From contig JBHGNT010000011.1 in the NCBI GenBank assembly GCA_043228905.1, forward strand, positions 3,162,001-3,226,000: a stretch of 64,000 bases of DNA, in the 5' to 3' direction. Made by a program: the position numbers and the translations under genes. The DNA comes from Azolla caroliniana (lineage: Eukaryota > Plantae > Polypodiophyta). The notes beneath the pieces were generated by a model, which saw only the letters and a program-made list of their open reading frames with translations, was not told the DNA's origin and did not search any database. Positions 59,481-64,000 of this stretch are shown here, in pieces. How positions within the stretch are numbered: the first letter of the stretch is position 1; every line of letters starts with the position of its first letter.

Positions 59481-60455
59481 GAGGTGTAAAGATACCTACA
59501 TAGATATGTTAAGCAACATGAAATGTGGTATATATATACATTCATATATCTGTATGGATGCATAAAAAAGTGTGAAGCAACATTAGATGCTATAGTGAGC
59601 TGTAATTTGTAGTGAATGAAGGAATTGACTTTAGTTAGGGTTACCATAGAAAAAAATGCAAATGAAACAATATACAAGGTAAAACACATGTCATTATTGA
59701 TAAGATGGTGTGATAAAGGAGCATATACCCATGATACAAGAGATGCCCTTTGAACTTGTAGAGCCATCAATAAATGGTCGATCTTTAGTTTTTATCTGCA
59801 TTCTCAATCTCATTTCATTTGATGTCTGGGGGGGCATTCTATGCGTTTCTACATATAATTTGTCTTGTAACATACAAATTTTATCTGAAGAAAATATTAA
59901 TAGTTCTTTATGTTTCCAATTAAGTTTTGCTGCATTCAGGATTAGCCTTTTCATGCCGTTTGAAATAAAGATGGCATGAAAAGGCTCTCATAGACTTTGA
60001 AAATCCTTTTGAAGAGTCTTTCAGAATTCTGAACACTCTAGAATGCTCTAGTTTGAATAGGATATGGAGTTGGATTTAAGTAAACTCCATATCTTCTTGC
60101 AAGATAATTTTGGCATATGGTAAATGCTAATAAGTAGTTGTGTCATGAAAATATTTTTCCAAGCTAGTAAAGATCTTTGGTAGTTTTTTCCAATGACTTG
60201 CTTTTGATGTATATGAATGTCATAAAACTTGTCATATGAAGAGAACATATAATCTTTTACCCCTTCAGGTATGGGCAAATGTTTTTAAATTAGAATGCTT
60301 TGTTTTCGTTGAAAGATGAAAAGCTATCTATTTCTTGTTTCCTTGAACCTGGGAATGTGTCATGTATGAGAAAAATAGGTTTATTTTTAAACAATTCTAT
60401 TCTAAAGCTAAAATGGGTGATGTTTCCTGCCCTATGATGACTTAGGTGTCAAAAC

Positions 60456-60857
60456 ATGGCATTAGAGTGGGCCTTATTAGCATATGCGGTCGGAGCCGAG
60501 GCAATCATTTTGTTGATTATAACAATGCCTGGACTGCAAAGAGTTCGGAAAGGAATTATAGGAATTGCTACAAGTTTCTTAAGACCATTGATGGCAATCA
60601 TCCCTTTTTCTCTTTTCCTTCTTATGGATATTTATTGGAAGTTTGAGCATATGCCGAAATGCAGTGGCCCAGAGTGCACCTTGGTGGAGAAAACAAGACA
60701 TGCTAAATCTATGATGAAAACTCAAAGAAATATTATCCTCGTACTCTCAGCCCTTCTTCTCTATTGGTTGCTCTATTGTACCACACACATGTTGGTACAA
60801 ATCAGCAAACTTAACCAACAAGTAAAGCAAATGAAGCAACAAAGTAGCACGGATTAA
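60456..60857 (+). CDS. Short plant BAP29/BAP31-like ER membrane protein, single coding exon, 133 aa
   Basis: MALEWALLAYAVGAEA..LFLLMDIYWKFE..KTQRNIILVLSALLLYWLLY: three TM segments plus a C-terminal coil, matching the plant B-cell receptor-associated 31-like family as I recall it. Confidence 0.9.
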   Translation: MALEWALLAYAVGAEAIILLIITMPGLQRVRKGIIGIATSFLRPLMAIIPFSLFLLMDIYWKFEHMPKCSGPECTLVEKTRHAKSMMKTQRNIILVLSALLLYWLLYCTTHMLVQISKLNQQVKQMKQQSSTD

Positions 60858-60899
60858 TGGAAAGAAAAAGCAACACTTTTATGTATCCAAGTTGGTATA

Positions 60900-61307
60900 T
60901 GAGTTTTTAAACCTCTACATGGTTTAGACTGGCTTATTTTCGTGATAAAAACATGTTTTATAATTGCATGGGGAATATGGTGCATGGATTCCTATGAGGT
61001 GGATCTGAAGGCAAATTATGTGAGGTGTGAAGCTCATGTAATTAATCAGTTTATGTAAATATACAAAAAGATGCTTGAAGACTGATGTTCTTGATGGGCA
61101 TGTGAGTTTTTAAACCTCTACATGGTTTAGACTGGCTTATTTTCGTGATAAAAACATGTTTTATAATTGCATGGGGAATATGGTGCATGGATTCCTATGA
61201 GGTGGATCTGAAGGCAAATTATGTGAGGTGTGAAGCTCATGTAATTAATCGGTTTATGTAAATATACAAAAAGATGCTTGAAGACTGATGTTCTTGATGG
61301 GCATGTG
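60900..61307. repeat. 203-bp tandem duplication in the 3' flank of the BAP31-like gene
   Basis: 60901 GAGTTTTTAAACCTC recurs at 61104; one difference seen. Confidence 0.92.
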
Positions 61308-63244
61308 ACGAAGAAAATCAATATATATTTGGAAATGTTGGAATGTACAAGTTCTAAGACCATTACAAAAAAGGATATATTTTGAATTACTCTCATGTAA
61401 GCTTATCTTCTATCTGATGATGTACAAAGAAAAAGGGTATATTTGGAATTATTGTACGTAGGGTATATTATCTTCTAGTTGATCATGTGTGAAGTATATT
61501 TTGAATGGCGTCTATGATAATATACAAAAGAATAGTGACAGAGAAATGTTGTGAACACATGTTTTAATGATTAAAAAGAAGTGTGTGACAATCCATGGTT
61601 TTGTTGAAGGACTAAACAGTTAATGAAAAGTCGTAGATACAACATGATATTTTTTACTCCCACTCCCCACTTGAAACTTGGAAGGGTCTCAGATTCATTG
61701 TTGTCTTTTTCGGCATCAAATGAAAGCTCACCAAGTAGGAGGCTATTTAGCTCCATTAATACACAAACAGATTCCATGAAAGTGACAACTTCCTTGAGTA
61801 TGATGTTATCAAGCATGTATAAAGCTTATGAAGCTAATATCTTAGGCATAGGTGCAGGAATCTTGCCTGTTAATGCAAAAGACTAGCAAGCAAGCTGGTT
61901 TAATAGCACATGAATCAAGGATTATGCAGATCCTTGAATATTTCATTATGAGATTTATCTAATGCTGACCACCAGATCATCATTCTTTATAATAAAGTTA
62001 GACGCATTCTTTTAAACTAACCCTTTTATTGTGGTAGTATCAAATAGCATCAAATAGCATCAAATATTGTGGAATAAGATGGAGATCATGCCTCCATACA
62101 GGTTAGCTGCTTGAAAATGAGTAATGCCCATCAATGTTTTCTCTCTTATATTAAGATTTGAGGATGATAATGAAGAGTCAAACATGTGCTATTTGCAATG
62201 AGATGTACCCCTTTCCTCACCTCAGTAATGTAATGGTCCTATTCAAAACTTTACCCATTTTTGATTAAAAACATTCAGCAGCCTCTTTCCCTCCCTTCGT
62301 TTCACACATGGAAGAAGGTATATGTCATATATGCTTGTTGCCATGAGTCTCGACAAACTCCATTCTTAATATCTTTCCTTTCCTGCTACTCATTGAAGAA
62401 TATAAGGTGATACTTATTGCTCTTGGTGACAAGAATGTTCTGCCAATTGCAGCATTGGACAAACTCCATGATACAAGCTAAAAGACATTGGTGCCAAAGC
62501 GACACTATTTCTTTTGTATAAGGGAGAACGTTCAACTCTGAGGGCATAAACAATGTTTAATGGAAGCATTGTGAACCTCAAATTGGCATTATATAACCCT
62601 GCTATCGGTAGAGGAACCAACCCATGGGCCTAGCCACGGCGGTAAGGCCGGCTCCTCATTCTCACTCCTTTCTCCAGCAGGCAGCTTGAACAGAAGAAAT
62701 CAGCCTCCTCATTCCCGTCAAATGACCCGGCCCTCCCGGCTCAGGTACTATTTCCAAGTTTCTCAACATTGGATGCTAACCATAGAAATACCACAAAAAT
62801 AAAAAAATCCATCCAGCTGGGTCCAAGATATCTTGACATAGGTTGCAAAATAGTAAGCCAAAGAATATTTGGATGTGCACATAGAGATTAAGAAGGGATG
62901 GGAGAACATAGGTTAATGTGTCACTCAGCCAAATTGGAATCTCTCCAGGGAAAATGGAAACCCCACAGTTCGAGTACGATTGCAGTCACATTAATACTCG
63001 ATATTGGGAAAGTTACTGGGTGCAGCTGACTAATGCCCAATCTCAGATACCTTGCATATGAGGATATCAGGCATGATTTTGAAGAATTCCTCCAAGGTCA
63101 CACAAGCTTTCAAGAACTCTAAACAAGGACTGAACAATCACCGATGACATTAGGCGTGTTCTTTGCTTGTCTACTTTAACACAAAACCAAACCCATGACT
63201 AACAATCTCAGTTTTTGGTTTCAGCTTTTACTTTGTCGTTTGTG

Positions 63245-63526
63245 TCAACCATTTTGAGACCCCCCCACAGAATCGAGCAGAATGTGGCATGAAAATTGAT
63301 GGTCCCACGGATCATGTTGACCCTCTCTAGACGTTAATATGTTAACATCATTGTTGGGAAAAATCAATCACATGCTTGTTTATAAACCTCTCTAGACGTT
63401 AATATGTTAACATCATTGTTGGGAAAAATCAACCATTTTGAGACCCCCCCACAGAATCGGGCAGAATGTGGCATGAAAATTGATGGTCCCACAGATCATG
63501 TTGCCCCTCTCTAGACGTTAATATGT
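63245..63526. repeat. Local direct duplications downstream of the PPR gene
   Basis: TCAACCATTTTGAGACCCCCCCACAGAATCG.. twice; CTCTCTAGACGTTAATATGT three times. Confidence 0.8.
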
Positions 63527-63565
63527 CATTAAGGCACTATGCTTGTTTATAACTCCGCTTTTATT

Positions 63566-64000
63566 TCATGTCACTGTGAACTGAGGTTGGTAGCCTTCCT
63601 CCTCCATCTTTCTTCTTAAAATCCTTTGTTTTGCAATAACCCAACTATCTTGTTGAATGCCTTTATCCCCCACAACAAATTGATGGACTTCACTATTTAA
63701 CTCAATCCATGCAATCCCCGGACGCTTCCACACGTTATTATGCTTTCTTATCACTTGCATCGCCTCAGCATCCTTCCACATACATGCTTTCTCATATATA
63801 TCAGACATCAACTCATATGCCGCCGGCATATGTGGATCAATATGGACAATTTGTTCAAAACTATGCCTTGCTATGTCCACCTTGCCATGTAATTTGCACG
63901 AAGAAAGAAGGGACATCCATCCATTGAGATTATACCTAGTCTTTTGAAGGAGATCTTCAGCCTCTAACAGATGTCCAGCTCGACCAAGGAGGTCTACCAT
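63566..64000 (-). CDS. 3' end of a PLS-class PPR protein (S2-E1-E2-E+, no DYW domain), probable organellar RNA-editing factor; the start lies outside the window
   Basis: MVDLLGRAGHLLEAE..WMSLLSSCKLHG..AAYELMSDIY..KRPGIAWIE..HQFVVGDK..MEEEGYQP, then stop. Confidence 0.92.
   Translation of the reverse strand: MVDLLGRAGHLLEAEDLLQKTRYNLNGWMSLLSSCKLHGKVDIARHSFEQIVHIDPHMPAAYELMSDIYEKACMWKDAEAMQVIRKHNNVWKRPGIAWIELNSEVHQFVVGDKGIQQDSWVIAKQRILRRKMEEEGYQPQFTVT

Noticed and set aside
63245-63566. DYW deaminase domain downstream of the PPR E+ region
   Set aside because: The frame stops after GYQPQFTVT and I found no HSE/CxxC motif in the adjacent duplicated sequence.

Overview
Land-plant nuclear DNA (a PLS-class PPR gene, a plant BAP29/31-like gene and a Tcn1-like chromovirus suggest a fern or other seed-free plant; this is inference). 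Bases 1-58,069 are a stack of nested transposons that can be resolved by target-site duplications (TSDs). Host genes appear only in the last 4 kb. The centrepiece is a 27-kb DNA transposon (5886-32927; about 11.3 kb once a nested Copia cluster is removed). It has 25-bp GGG...CCC terminal inverted repeats (TIRs), a 4-bp TSD (GGGT) and an intact spliced 863-aa Sola2-type DDD transposase. It also carries a convergent multi-exon accessory gene encoding a RING-H2 finger, with a phase-compatible downstream exon encoding an FCP1/NIF-type pseudo-phosphatase. The largest native intron of each gene is filled with an array of the palindrome TAGCTAATTAGCTA, which also flanks both TIRs. Inside the element, one Copia inserted into the 3' LTR of a close relative and was then tandemly duplicated by unequal crossover; all copies share an in-frame TGA inside RNase H. 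Further right are a Gypsy element with a large extra ORF, a hAT MITE, an RTEX-like LINE fragment and a chromovirus with a Tf1-type self-priming PBS and a tRNA-like motif in its LTRs. All coordinates and translations were worked out by eye; no database searches were run.
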